Below, piece after piece: positions 16,158 through 26,311 of a DNA stretch of 32,000 nt. The DNA lies in the NCBI RefSeq assembly GCF_000196555.1, contig NC_015067.1, forward strand, positions 720,001 through 752,000, in the 5' to 3' direction. The number at the start of each line of letters is the position of its first letter. The first letter of the stretch is position 1. Below the pieces are notes generated by a model. The model saw only the letters and a program-made list of their open reading frames with translations, ran no database searches and was not told where the DNA came from. This DNA is from Bifidobacterium longum subsp. longum JCM 1217. GTDB taxonomy: Bacteria > Actinomycetota > Actinomycetes > Actinomycetales > Bifidobacteriaceae. The position numbers and the translations under genes were made by a program.

Positions 16158-17084
16158 ATGGCCATGACCGCCATATCCGAATCCGACGCGATGGCGTTGC
16201 AGGTCACCGACGTCACCAAACACTATGATTCCGGCTTCACGCTGGACGACGTGACCTTCGACCTGCCCAAGGGCTACATCATGGGACTGATCGGCCCGAA
16301 CGGCGCCGGCAAATCCACCCTCATCAAACTCATCCTCAACATGATCCACCGCGACGCCGGTTCGATTCACGTGCTCGGCCTCGACAACATCGCCGACGAG
16401 GAGCCCGTCAAGGAACAACTCGGCGTGGTATTCGACTCCAGCTACCTGTGTGAACAGTGGCAAGTCAAGAACATTGAACGTATCGTCGCGCCACTGTATT
16501 CATCATGGGACAGTGGATGCTATCGCAAGTATCTGGATACTTTCGGCCTTGGTGGCGCACAGAACGGCAAGAAACATATCAAGGATCTTTCCCGCGGTAT
16601 GCAGATGAAGCTGATGCTCGCCATCGCATTGAGCCATGACGCCAAACTGCTGATTCTCGACGAGCCGACCAGCGGACTCGATGTGCTTGCCCGCGACGAA
16701 CTCATGGATATCCTGCATGCCTACATTGAGGATGGCGAACATTCGGTACTGTTCAGCACCCATATCACTGCCGACCTCGAACGTGCCGCTGACTTCATTA
16801 CCTACATCACCGATGGCCGTCTCTACTACACCGGTCCGAAAGACGAGTTTGAGGAATCGTTCCGCCTGATTAAGGGCGGTCCAGACGAACTGGCACAACT
16901 GCCTGCGGACGTGGTGCTGGGCTCACATATGTATGCCACCGGATTCGATGCGCTGGTCCGGTCAGACAGGCTTTATGCTGTTGCGTCGGTGGTTTCGGGG
17001 CTTGCCGTTGAATCGGCTTCCATTGATGACATCATTCGCTTGACCAATGCCCATGATTCCAATCGTGACTTGAGCGGGAGGTGA
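16158..17084 (+). CDS. ABC transporter ATP-binding protein
   Basis: Walker A GPNGAGKST, signature LSRGMQ, Walker B LLILDEPTSGLD, H-loop STH. The start may be ATG 16164, which has better spacing to AAAGGA. Confidence 0.92.
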   Translation: MAMTAISESDAMALQVTDVTKHYDSGFTLDDVTFDLPKGYIMGLIGPNGAGKSTLIKLILNMIHRDAGSIHVLGLDNIADEEPVKEQLGVVFDSSYLCEQWQVKNIERIVAPLYSSWDSGCYRKYLDTFGLGGAQNGKKHIKDLSRGMQMKLMLAIALSHDAKLLILDEPTSGLDVLARDELMDILHAYIEDGEHSVLFSTHITADLERAADFITYITDGRLYYTGPKDEFEESFRLIKGGPDELAQLPADVVLGSHMYATGFDALVRSDRLYAVASVVSGLAVESASIDDIIRLTNAHDSNRDLSGR

Positions 17085-17090
17085 GCGGTC

Positions 17091-17804
17091 ATGGGGGCAA
17101 TACTGAGGGTGCCGCGGTCTCGGCAACATGCATTGACCACTGCATTGCGCGTCGATATGGCCTACCTGTGCGTCGGCGTACAGACTGTGTTCTCGTTGTT
17201 GTTGGCACCGTTGTTCTCCGCCATCTTTCAAGGTGAAGTTTATGGTGATGGTTTCGGCTATCGCATGGGTGTCATCATGACGGTATTCACCTGCGCCATG
17301 TGGGTGCTCACCATGGCTGTTGCTGACCTGCAGAACGGATATCGGCTTCGTGGCATTATTCCGTCTTCAAGGAAGAACCAGGTGGCCGCGCGATATGTGG
17401 TTGGATTGGTGATTTCCGTATTGTCGGTAGCGATGATTGTGTTGATTGACGGGTTGCAAGTGCTGGTCAATCCGAATTGGTCATTCGCGGGCAATCTGTG
17501 GGCGGCGCCGTTGGGAGGTTTCTGCACCGCGCTGATGATCGCGCTTATCGTGCCCACGGGTTATCTGTGGACCAAACTAGGCGGTCTTCAAGTCACGATG
17601 ATGGTGATTTATGTCGTTGTATTGGCTGGATCCATACTGCTATCTATTTTGCCTGCTTCGGTGACCAGAGGATTGGCCCATGCCGCGAATGCCGTCATCG
17701 CGCAACGATTGTGGCTGGTTATTGCGGTATTGACAACGACGGTTGTGGCATATGGGATCTCGTATGTAATTGCCTCTCGCATATTTGCTTCAAGGGAGTG
17801 GTGA
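17091..17804 (+). CDS. ABC-2 type membrane protein (permease), paralogue 1
   Basis: 237 aa, 6 predicted hydrophobic helices. Motif LRGIIPSSRKNQVAARYVVGLV is shared with the next ORF. Follows the ATPase with a 6-nt gap. Confidence 0.7.
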   Translation: MGAILRVPRSRQHALTTALRVDMAYLCVGVQTVFSLLLAPLFSAIFQGEVYGDGFGYRMGVIMTVFTCAMWVLTMAVADLQNGYRLRGIIPSSRKNQVAARYVVGLVISVLSVAMIVLIDGLQVLVNPNWSFAGNLWAAPLGGFCTALMIALIVPTGYLWTKLGGLQVTMMVIYVVVLAGSILLSILPASVTRGLAHAANAVIAQRLWLVIAVLTTTVVAYGISYVIASRIFASREW

Positions 17805-17806
17805 CG

Positions 17807-18520
17807 ATGAGCTGGAAATCCGTAGTAAAGCAATGTCGATTCGATTGTGTCGGGACGGGTCTGTTCAGCGTGGCGAATATGGTGTTTCTGCTGGTTTTCC
17901 CGGTGCTGTCTATCGTGGTATCGCTGGTGATGATATCGACCCATGTCGATGAACACGTTGCCAGTGGTCTGATGGGCGGACTCGGAGGTCTGGCATCGGT
18001 GATGGCATATATGAGTGCATTGGGGCCTGCTGCATCCGAGGAATCTGCAGGGCACAGTGCCATGCGAGGGCTGATTCCTGTTTCACGCACTGCGCAAGTT
18101 GTAGGTCGGTACCTCTTTCTGTTGGTGGTTGGCCTGCTCTGGGCTCTGGATGTGGTGATATGCGGTGGCATCTTCATTATCTTTGGCGATATAGCAGATA
18201 TGGGGTGGATTGGTGCCTTGGCATCAGGTGCCTCCATCTTCGCTTTGGCTATCATTCTTGGGTCGGTGCTGCTGGCCTGTGCATGCCGGTTCACATTCCG
18301 CAAGATGATGATGGCCTTTGGCGCGGTCATGGTTGGCTTGTATGCCGTCATTGCGCTGCTGGCTCGATTGCCTGTCGACTGGCAATGGCTATTGCTGAAT
18401 ATTGCCGATTTCCTGACGATCTGGTGGCATACGGCGCTTGTTCTCGCCGTGTTGTGTCTGCTCGCATTTTTTGGCTCCATGCTTATAGCCATCCGCATCT
18501 ACCGAGCCAAAGAACTCTAG
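17807..18520 (+). CDS. ABC-2 type membrane protein (permease), paralogue 2
   Basis: ATG 17807 lies 2 nt after the upstream TGA, with GGGAG SD. 237 aa. Motif MRGLIPVSRTAQVVGRYLFLLV parallels paralogue 1. The N-terminal extension of ORF 17477..18520 overlaps paralogue 1 and is rejected. Confidence 0.7.
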   Translation: MSWKSVVKQCRFDCVGTGLFSVANMVFLLVFPVLSIVVSLVMISTHVDEHVASGLMGGLGGLASVMAYMSALGPAASEESAGHSAMRGLIPVSRTAQVVGRYLFLLVVGLLWALDVVICGGIFIIFGDIADMGWIGALASGASIFALAIILGSVLLACACRFTFRKMMMAFGAVMVGLYAVIALLARLPVDWQWLLLNIADFLTIWWHTALVLAVLCLLAFFGSMLIAIRIYRAKEL

Positions 18521-18546
18521 CCGCGCATTTGTCCGACCGCGAATGA

Positions 18547-18578
18547 AAAGAGACCGACAGGAATCTGTCGGTCTCTTT
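18547..18578. terminator. Bidirectional intrinsic terminator between convergent operons
   Basis: AAAGAGACCGACAG/gaat/CTGTCGGTCTCTTT, a 14-bp perfect stem. A/T runs flank both sides, giving a U-tract on either strand. Lies between the stops at 18520 (+) and 18596 (-). Confidence 0.75.
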
Positions 18579-18595
18579 CCGTTATCGGTGTGTTA

Positions 18596-21382
18596 TCAGT
18601 CCACCAGATCCAGAGCGATTGGCTGGTGCGGTTGCTGGGAATCGCTTTCATTGGCCGTGCGGCGCGCGCGGATGGCGGCGGCTGCGCGCTTGACGGTCTT
18701 GATAACTTCCTGCAGCACCACCACGCCGAAACCGACCGCGATGATTTTCAGCCACATGTCGATCGGCAGCGGCACGGTGCGGAACATCGCGCCGCCGAAT
18801 TGCACCACTAGCACCTGAAGTGCGAACATCAGCGCGAACACGCCGATCATCACCTTATTGCGCAGCAGATTGGCGAACAGGCTGGCGTTGCCCAGCTCGC
18901 GGCTGTTGAAGGCGTTGAACAGCTGGAATACCACGAACAGCGTGAACAGAATGGTCGACTGCTGTTCGGCGGTGCCGCCCATGAAGTTCGTCCAGCTTTG
19001 CGCCATGAACACCACGGCGATGAACGCGCCGGAGACGATGATGCGCTCCAGCATGCCGCGCGAGACGATGCCGGCGTCACGGCGGGTGGGCCTGCGGTCC
19101 ATAAGATTGTCGCGAATCGGCTCCATACCGAGCGTCAGCGCGGGCGGGCCATCCATGATGATGTTGACCCACAGCAGCTGCAATGCGGTGAACGGCGCGG
19201 CCAGACCACTGAACAGCGAGGCGAGTACCACGACCACCGAAGACAGGTTCACGGTGAGCTGGAACTGGATGAATCGCTGGAAATTCTCGTAAATGCCACG
19301 GCCCCAGTGCACGGCCTTGACAATGGTGGCAAAGGAATCGTCCAGCATCACGATATCGCTGGCTTCCTTGGACACCTCGGTGCCGGCGATGCCCATGGCG
19401 ATGCCCACGTCCGCGTTCTTGATGGCGGGCGCGTCGTTGATGCCGTCGCCGGTCACCGCCACCACATTGCCCTGGGCTTTCAGAGCGTTCACCACGCGCA
19501 TCTTGATAACCGGCGTGCTGCGGGCGATCACGCGGATGCGGCCGATTTCGCGGGACAGTTCCTCGTCGCTCATTTCCTCGATCTGGCGCGCCTCGACGGC
19601 GATATGCCGCTCGTCCAGAATGCCGAGTTCGTTGGCGATGGCCGTGGCGGTCACGATGTTGTCGCCGGTGAGCATCTTGAGCTCGATGCCCGCCTTGCGG
19701 CAGCGCTCCACGGCACCGGGCACATCCTCGCGCAGGGGATCCACGATGGCCACGAAGCCGTCGAACATCATGCCGGATTCCAAGCCGGCGCGGTCGGCAG
19801 CGTAATCGAGAGCCGCAGTGTCGGCGTCCTTATCGGAAATATGGCGGTGGGCGAAGCCGAGCACTCGGCAGGACTGCGCCTGGAACTTCGCGATCTCCCG
19901 TTCGATTTCGCCGCGCGTCTTGGCGTCGACGGCGCACAGGTCGAGCATCTTCTCCGGGCTGCCTTTGGCGAACACGGTAATGCCGTCGCCGTCACGCACC
20001 ACAGTGGTCATGCTCTTGGTCTCCGACGAGAACGGATACGTGTGGAGCACCGTCGCGCGCTCGCGGCGAATCCGGTAGTCGAGTCCGGCCTTGTGCGCGG
20101 CGACCAACAGTGCGCATTCGGTGGGGTTGCCGATGAATTCCGGCATCGCGCCGGCCTCGGCTTCGGTGGCGCCCGGGAAGGTCACGTCGGCGGTGCCGTT
20201 GACGCAGAAGTTCTCCAGCAGCATGCGGTTCCTGATCTGCTCGGGCTTCTCCAAGGCGCGGCCCGGTGCATTGTACGCCTCGATCACGGTCATGCGGTTC
20301 TGGGTCAATGTGCCGGTTTTGTCCGAGCAGATCACGTTGATGCAGCCGATGGTCTCGCACGCCACCATCTTCTTGACCAGCGCGTTCTGCTTGGACATTT
20401 TGATGATGTTCACCGCGAGGCACGCGGCCACGATGGTCGGCAGGCCTTCGGGCACGGCGGCCACGATCAGCGTTATGGAGGTGATGAACGCCTCGGAAAT
20501 CGTGTCGAACGAGGCGGTGCCGGAAGCCACGAACCGGGCCACCTGAAGCACGAACACCAGTGCGGCCACAATCGAGCCCACCACGGCGATCACCTTGCCG
20601 AGCTTCGCGAGCTTCTCCTGCAGCGGCGTCATACCGGTGTTGGCGGCGCGCAGTTCGCGGGCGATCTTGCCGAACTCGGTGTCGTCGCCCACGGCGGTGA
20701 CCACGGCACGGCCATTGCCGGCGGTCACGAAGCAGCCGGAATAGAGCATGTTCGTGCGGTCGGCCACCGGGGTCTTCGGGTCGGTGAACACGGCGTCGGT
20801 GGCTTTGGCACTCGGCACGCTTTCGCCGGTGAGCGCGGATTCGTCGGCGGTCAGATCGTTCGATTCGATGAGGCGCGCATCGGCCGGCAGCTTGTCGCCG
20901 GTGCTGATCTGCAGCACATCGCCGATGGTGATGTCTCGCTGCGACACCAGCGTGACCTCGCCATCGCGCACCACGGTGACGGTCGTGTCGTCATTGATGT
21001 CGTTCAGCGCTTCGAATGCCTTGGCGCTGCGACCCTCCATCACCACGGTGATTGTCACGGACAGGGCGATGGCGAAGAAGATGCCCACGCATTCGAGAAT
21101 GTCGGCGTGGCCGCCGGCCATGGCGCGGGTGATGTTGACGCCCAGGGTGATGGCCGCCGCGATCATAAGCATGATGAGCATCGGGTCGGCGGCCGTCTTG
21201 ACGATGCGGGAAAGCATCGATTCCGGCTTCGGCTTGGTGAAGGCGTTGGGACCGTACTGGTTCAGGTTGTGCGCGGCCTGTTCGCTGGTCAGGCCTTGAT
21301 GTGCATCGGTGTCCAGCGTGCTGATGACTGCTGGCGCATCCTGCATGAATGGTGCGGGCGTCTGCCCGTTGGCCGTGGTCAT
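18596..21382 (-). CDS. P-type ATPase, P2 (Ca2+-transporting, PacL/SERCA-PMCA-like)
   Basis: TGES, PEGLP (TM4), phosphorylation site DKTGTLT, KGSPE, TGDN, GDGINDAPA. 928 aa from ATG 21382 with GAGAGGAA SD. The 23 upstream codons in the ORF track lack an SD. Confidence 0.93.
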   Translation of the reverse strand: MTTANGQTPAPFMQDAPAVISTLDTDAHQGLTSEQAAHNLNQYGPNAFTKPKPESMLSRIVKTAADPMLIMLMIAAAITLGVNITRAMAGGHADILECVGIFFAIALSVTITVVMEGRSAKAFEALNDINDDTTVTVVRDGEVTLVSQRDITIGDVLQISTGDKLPADARLIESNDLTADESALTGESVPSAKATDAVFTDPKTPVADRTNMLYSGCFVTAGNGRAVVTAVGDDTEFGKIARELRAANTGMTPLQEKLAKLGKVIAVVGSIVAALVFVLQVARFVASGTASFDTISEAFITSITLIVAAVPEGLPTIVAACLAVNIIKMSKQNALVKKMVACETIGCINVICSDKTGTLTQNRMTVIEAYNAPGRALEKPEQIRNRMLLENFCVNGTADVTFPGATEAEAGAMPEFIGNPTECALLVAAHKAGLDYRIRRERATVLHTYPFSSETKSMTTVVRDGDGITVFAKGSPEKMLDLCAVDAKTRGEIEREIAKFQAQSCRVLGFAHRHISDKDADTAALDYAADRAGLESGMMFDGFVAIVDPLREDVPGAVERCRKAGIELKMLTGDNIVTATAIANELGILDERHIAVEARQIEEMSDEELSREIGRIRVIARSTPVIKMRVVNALKAQGNVVAVTGDGINDAPAIKNADVGIAMGIAGTEVSKEASDIVMLDDSFATIVKAVHWGRGIYENFQRFIQFQLTVNLSSVVVVLASLFSGLAAPFTALQLLWVNIIMDGPPALTLGMEPIRDNLMDRRPTRRDAGIVSRGMLERIIVSGAFIAVVFMAQSWTNFMGGTAEQQSTILFTLFVVFQLFNAFNSRELGNASLFANLLRNKVMIGVFALMFALQVLVVQFGGAMFRTVPLPIDMWLKIIAVGFGVVVLQEVIKTVKRAAAAIRARRTANESDSQQPHQPIALDLVD

Positions 21383-21825
21383 ATGTTCCTCTCGTTTGGT
21401 TGACACACCGCACTGAAACCCGCGTAATATCACTCGCGTACCGCGCAACATGGCGGCACGCAGCCAAACGAATCGTTGACGACCATGTATCGCATACTCC
21501 GCGGTACATGAGTCTCGTCATTTAAGGCAAAGCCAGACCGTAACGGAACTGCCGACGGCCACGATGTTGACTTGCCACATTGCGGTTTGGGCCGAGCCCT
21601 TCGCCGCAATGCTGTCTACTCCCTCATGGGACTATTCAGTTGCAGAAACAGAACCTAACAAACCACATGGATTTTCCCGTTCGCCGGCAGCATGGCGATT
21701 CCCGCCTTCCTAGAAAAAACAAGCAACACGCCATTGGCTCGTTGCAGGTGAAAAGCCGCAAGAAAGCCGCGCGTGACAAGGCTCGGACATGCTTGAACAT
21801 GCCTGGACCTTCGACTTGTGACATC

Positions 21826-21867
21826 AGAAAACAAAAAACCGATACATGCTGGTAAAGCATGTATCGG
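21826..21867 (-). terminator. Intrinsic terminator of thrC
   Basis: On the minus strand: CCGATACATGCT/ttacc/AGCATGTATCGG followed by TTTTTTGTTTTC. Lies 35 nt after the thrC stop. Confidence 0.85.
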
Positions 21868-21901
21868 TTAGGAATTGTCAGTTAGTGCCGTCAGCGGACT
21901 A

Positions 21902-23392
21902 TCACAGCGCCTGGGCGGCCTTCTCCACGTAGCCCTCCATGCCGTCGATGGCCACGACGTCCTTGAACCGCACGTCGGCGGTCTCAAGACCACGCAGGGC
22001 GGCCGGGGCGGTGGTGCCGGTCTCGTGGGCCAGCACATCCATGCACTCGAAGTCGGTGCCGGTGGCGTCGAAGCCCAATGCCTCGTTCACCACGCGCGGG
22101 AACTTGTAGGGGCTGGCGGTGGAGAGCAGCACGCGCGGGGTCAGCGGGTCGCGCGGCATCTGCTCAAGCAGGTAGTAGCCGCAGGCGGTGTGCGGGTCGA
22201 TCACGTAGTGGTTCTCGTCCCAACAGTGCTTGATGGACTCGCGTACCTGATCCTCATCGGCCCAACCGGTGCCGAAGATCTGACGAATCTTGGCCAGCAG
22301 TTCTTCCGGGATCTCGTACGTGCCCCACTTGTTGAGGTCGTTCATCAGCATGGAGATCAGACGGGTGTCGCCCTCGGACAAGTAGTACAGCATGCGCTCC
22401 AGGTTGGAGGAGATGAGGATGTCCATCGAGGGGGAGATGGTCTGGAAGAACGGGCGCTGGCGGTTGTAGGTACCGGTGGTCAGGAAGTCGAACAGCACGT
22501 TGTTCTTGTCGGAAGCCACCACGAGGTGCTTGACCGGCAGACCGAGCAGCTTGGCATAGTAGCCGGCGAGGATATCGCCGAAGTTGCCGGTCGGGACCAC
22601 AAACTCGACCTCATCGCCGACGTTGATCACCTGGTCGGCGAGCAGTTGGGCGTAAGCGGAGAAGTAGTAGACGACCTGCGGCACCAGACGGCCCACGTTG
22701 ATGGAGTTGGCGGAGGAAAGCACCACGTGCGAATTGCCGGCGAGACGCTCGGCCAGGGCGCGGTCGCCGAAGATGCGCTTGACCGCGGACTGGGCGTCGT
22801 CGAAGTTGCCTTCCACGGCGGCCACCTGCACGTTGGAGCCGGCCTGCGTGGTCATCTGCAGCTCCTGGACCTGGGAGACCTTGCCTTCCGGGTAGAAGAC
22901 GGTGATCGCGGTGCCCGGGGCGTCCGCGAAGCCGGCCAGCGCGGCCTTGCCGGTGTCGCCGGAGGTGGCGGTGAGGATCATGATCTTCTCGTCCGCGTCG
23001 CCATCGGCCGGCGTGGTGTGCGCCATGAAGCGCGGCAGGATCTGCAGCGCCACGTCCTTGAACGCGGAAGTCGGGCCGTTGAACAGTTCGAGCACGTAAT
23101 CGTCGCCCAGGGGCTTGAGCGGGGTGATGCGCTCGTCGGACCACTGTTCGCCGTAGGCGTCGGCGATGCACTGGCCCAGCTCCTCGGCCGTGAAGTCCGG
23201 CAGCAGCGCGCCCAGCACCTCGGCGGCGATTTGCTGGTACGACTTGCCCGGCAGGGAGGCCACGTCCACCTTGGTCTTGCCCAACGCGTCCGAAACGAAC
23301 AGGCCGCCGTCATCGGCGATGCCCTTACGAATCGCCTGCTTGGCGGTCAGCGAATCGGTGGTGCTACGGGTGGAATGGAAGGTGGTTGTCAC
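21902..23392 (-). CDS. thrC: Threonine synthase
   Basis: N-terminal TTTFHSTRS, PLP-lysine motif GPTSAFKDVALQ, SSANSIN. GTG 23392 is preceded by AGAAGGA. 496 aa. Confidence 0.92.
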   Translation of the reverse strand: MTTTFHSTRSTTDSLTAKQAIRKGIADDGGLFVSDALGKTKVDVASLPGKSYQQIAAEVLGALLPDFTAEELGQCIADAYGEQWSDERITPLKPLGDDYVLELFNGPTSAFKDVALQILPRFMAHTTPADGDADEKIMILTATSGDTGKAALAGFADAPGTAITVFYPEGKVSQVQELQMTTQAGSNVQVAAVEGNFDDAQSAVKRIFGDRALAERLAGNSHVVLSSANSINVGRLVPQVVYYFSAYAQLLADQVINVGDEVEFVVPTGNFGDILAGYYAKLLGLPVKHLVVASDKNNVLFDFLTTGTYNRQRPFFQTISPSMDILISSNLERMLYYLSEGDTRLISMLMNDLNKWGTYEIPEELLAKIRQIFGTGWADEDQVRESIKHCWDENHYVIDPHTACGYYLLEQMPRDPLTPRVLLSTASPYKFPRVVNEALGFDATGTDFECMDVLAHETGTTAPAALRGLETADVRFKDVVAIDGMEGYVEKAAQAL

Positions 23393-23614
23393 GATGAATC
23401 CTTCTGCCTGAAAGGGATGATGAATCCACATCAGTCTAGCGTGGGCCGTGGGCAGAAGGGCCGTCCGTCTCGCATAACCGACCGGTCGCACCGGCGAAAA
23501 TCACCATTGCCATCGAACGGGGACCGGCCATATCATGAAACAGGCCGGCTGCAAACGGGCCATACGGTAAGGCGACAACGGCGAATCAATTGTCGCTTAT
23601 ACCAAAGAGCACCC

Positions 23615-24316
<702 letters not shown>

Positions 24317-24332
24317 TTTTTTGCGGATGTAC

Positions 24333-24358
24333 GCAGCTCCCTCATCAGAGGGAGCCGC
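24333..24358 (+). terminator. Hairpin after the glyA remnant, related to the intergenic repeat family (copy 3, partial)
   Basis: GCTCCCTC(24336-24343)/atca/GAGGGAGC(24348-24355), extended by GC/GC across an A-C mismatch. No clear U-tract. Confidence 0.45.
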
Positions 24359-24437
24359 GCTTATATCCCCGGCTATCTTCGGTGCAATATGGGTCGAAAC
24401 GGGCAATGCGGCCCATTGTGGGTTACTCTTGTTTTTT

Positions 24438-25733
24438 ATGAGCGATGAATTGAGTCCTGAGGTGTTCGACGCGGTGTGCCGCCAGGCCGATCAGGCCGCA
24501 CGCGCACAGGAGCGTCTTGCACAGGCAAATACCGAAGCCAAAAACGAACTGTTGCTTGCCATTGCGGACGCGTTGGACGAGCATGCTGCGGACATCGAAG
24601 CCGCCAACGCGCTGGACATGCTCGAATCCAAGGAAAACGGCATGGATGCGGGCAAGCTCGACCGCCTGCTGTTCGACGTGCCGCGCGTGGCCGCCGCCGC
24701 CCAAGGCGTGCGCCATGTGGCCACCCTGCCCGATCCGGTCGGCGAGATCGTGCGCGGATACAACCTGCCCAACGGTCTGCGCCTTACCCAGACGCGCGTG
24801 CCGATGGGCGTCATCGGCATGATCTACGAGGCTCGGCCGAACGTCACTGTGGACGTGGCCAGCCTGTGCCTCAAGTCCGGCAATGCCGCGTTGCTGCGAG
24901 GCGGCCACGCCGCCGAACGCACTAACGCCGCCACGTTGGGCGTCATCGCCCCGGTGCTTGAAGCCCACGGTTTCGAATCCGCACTGGTGCAATCCGTCGA
25001 CCAGTACGGGCGCGCCGGCGCCACCGCCATGATGGAGGCGCGAGGCCATATCGACGTGCTCGTGCCGCGAGGAGGAGCGGGTCTGATCCAAGCCGTCGTG
25101 CGCAACTCCAAAGTGCCGGTCATCGAAACCGGTGCCGGCAACGTGCATATCTATATCGACAAGTCCGGTGATCTCGCCAAGGCCATCCCGATCATCATCA
25201 ACGCCAAAACCCAGCGCGTGGGCGTGTGCAACGCCGCCGAAAAGCTATTGGTTCATAAGGATGTCGCCGCCGAATTCCTGCCGCAGATCGCCGCCGCTCT
25301 GGCCGAGGCGAACGTCGTGCTGCAGACCGACACCACGTCGTACGGCATCATCTCCGGCGCGGCAATCGAGGGCCTTGACCTCAACCACGCCGCCGAAGAG
25401 GATTGGGACACCGAATACCTGGCCCTCAAAATGGGCATCAAGGTGGTGTCGGACCTGGACGCGGCCATCGACCACATCAACACGCATTCCACAGGCCACA
25501 CCGAATCCATCATCGCCGAGGATTATGCGGCCATCGAGGAATTCACCAAGCGCATCGACTCGGCCGTGGTCATGGTCAACGCCTCCACCCGCTTCACCGA
25601 CGGCGGCGTGTTCGGCTTTGGTGCCGAGCTTGGCATCTCCACGCAGAAGATGCACGCACGCGGTCCCATGGGATTGCGGGAGATGACCACCACCAAGTGG
25701 ATCGGTTACGGAACAGGACAGGTGCGCGCATGA
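24438..25733 (+). CDS. proA: Gamma-glutamyl phosphate reductase
   Basis: [23 protein letters not shown], catalytic-Cys segment [34 protein letters not shown] 24438 follows a T-run. The upstream extension in the ORF track is rejected. Confidence 0.93.
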
Positions 25734-26311
25734 ACGAGGACGGCAACATGAACATTACGGCTGACACGGCAAACAAGGCAAGCGAACTGCGGCCCGACAT
25801 CGACCTCAACGATCCCAAGCTCGGCCTGAAGATCGCGGCCGAACGGCTCAGCATCGTCCGCTACGTGTTCCTTGTGCAGATCGAGGACGGCATCGCCTCC
25901 GCCGCCCAGCGTGCGTCGCTCGAATACGCGGACGCCGTGCTCATCGGTTGGCCCGAGACCGATTCGCCCGAAGTCGCGGACCTCGACGATGCCCAGCTCA
26001 AGATCGTGCGCGAACACATGGAGCTCATGGAAGGCTACATCGGCAAATACAGCCAGATGGAGCACGACGGTGACCTTGACGGCATGACCGACACGCTCAT
26101 CCGCATCACCGAGCGTGTGGCCGAGGTCCGCCGCCTCTACCAGCCGGACTTCCCGCTGCCCACCTTCGCCGAAATTCGTCGCGTGGTCCAGGACGAATGG
26201 GATGAAGACATGGGCAAGATCGATCCCAGGGAAGACAATCCCACCGCCGGCGAAATCGAAGAGGAAACCGAATCAGCCGATGACGCCGCCGGCGAGGGCG
26301 ACCAGGCATGA
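25730..26311 (+). CDS. Acidic hypothetical protein (193 aa)
   Basis: The start ATG overlaps the proA stop (ATGA at 25730-25733), and its stop overlaps the next ATG (ATGA at 26308-26311). D/E-rich with no motif I recognise. GC-rich third codon positions are consistent with coding. Confidence 0.7.

Noticed and set aside
18998-21403. 801-aa plus-strand ORF antisense to the P-type ATPase
   Set aside because: The minus frame carries every P-type ATPase signature. The plus frame is a G/H/A/D-rich shadow ORF without motifs.
21580-21860. ORFs 21580..21855 (+, 91 aa) and 21636..21860 (-, 74 aa) in the low-GC gap
   Set aside because: They have no SD and implausible amino-acid composition (C/R/K/F-rich, no hydrophobic core pattern). 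They overlap the thrC terminator hairpin. Treated as non-coding.
21875-23614. Upstream 580 codons of the 813-aa plus-strand ORF that ends as the glyA remnant
   Set aside because: This part is antisense to thrC and has shadow-ORF composition. SHMT homology begins only at ATG 23615, so the long ORF is an open antisense frame fused by chance to the real gene.
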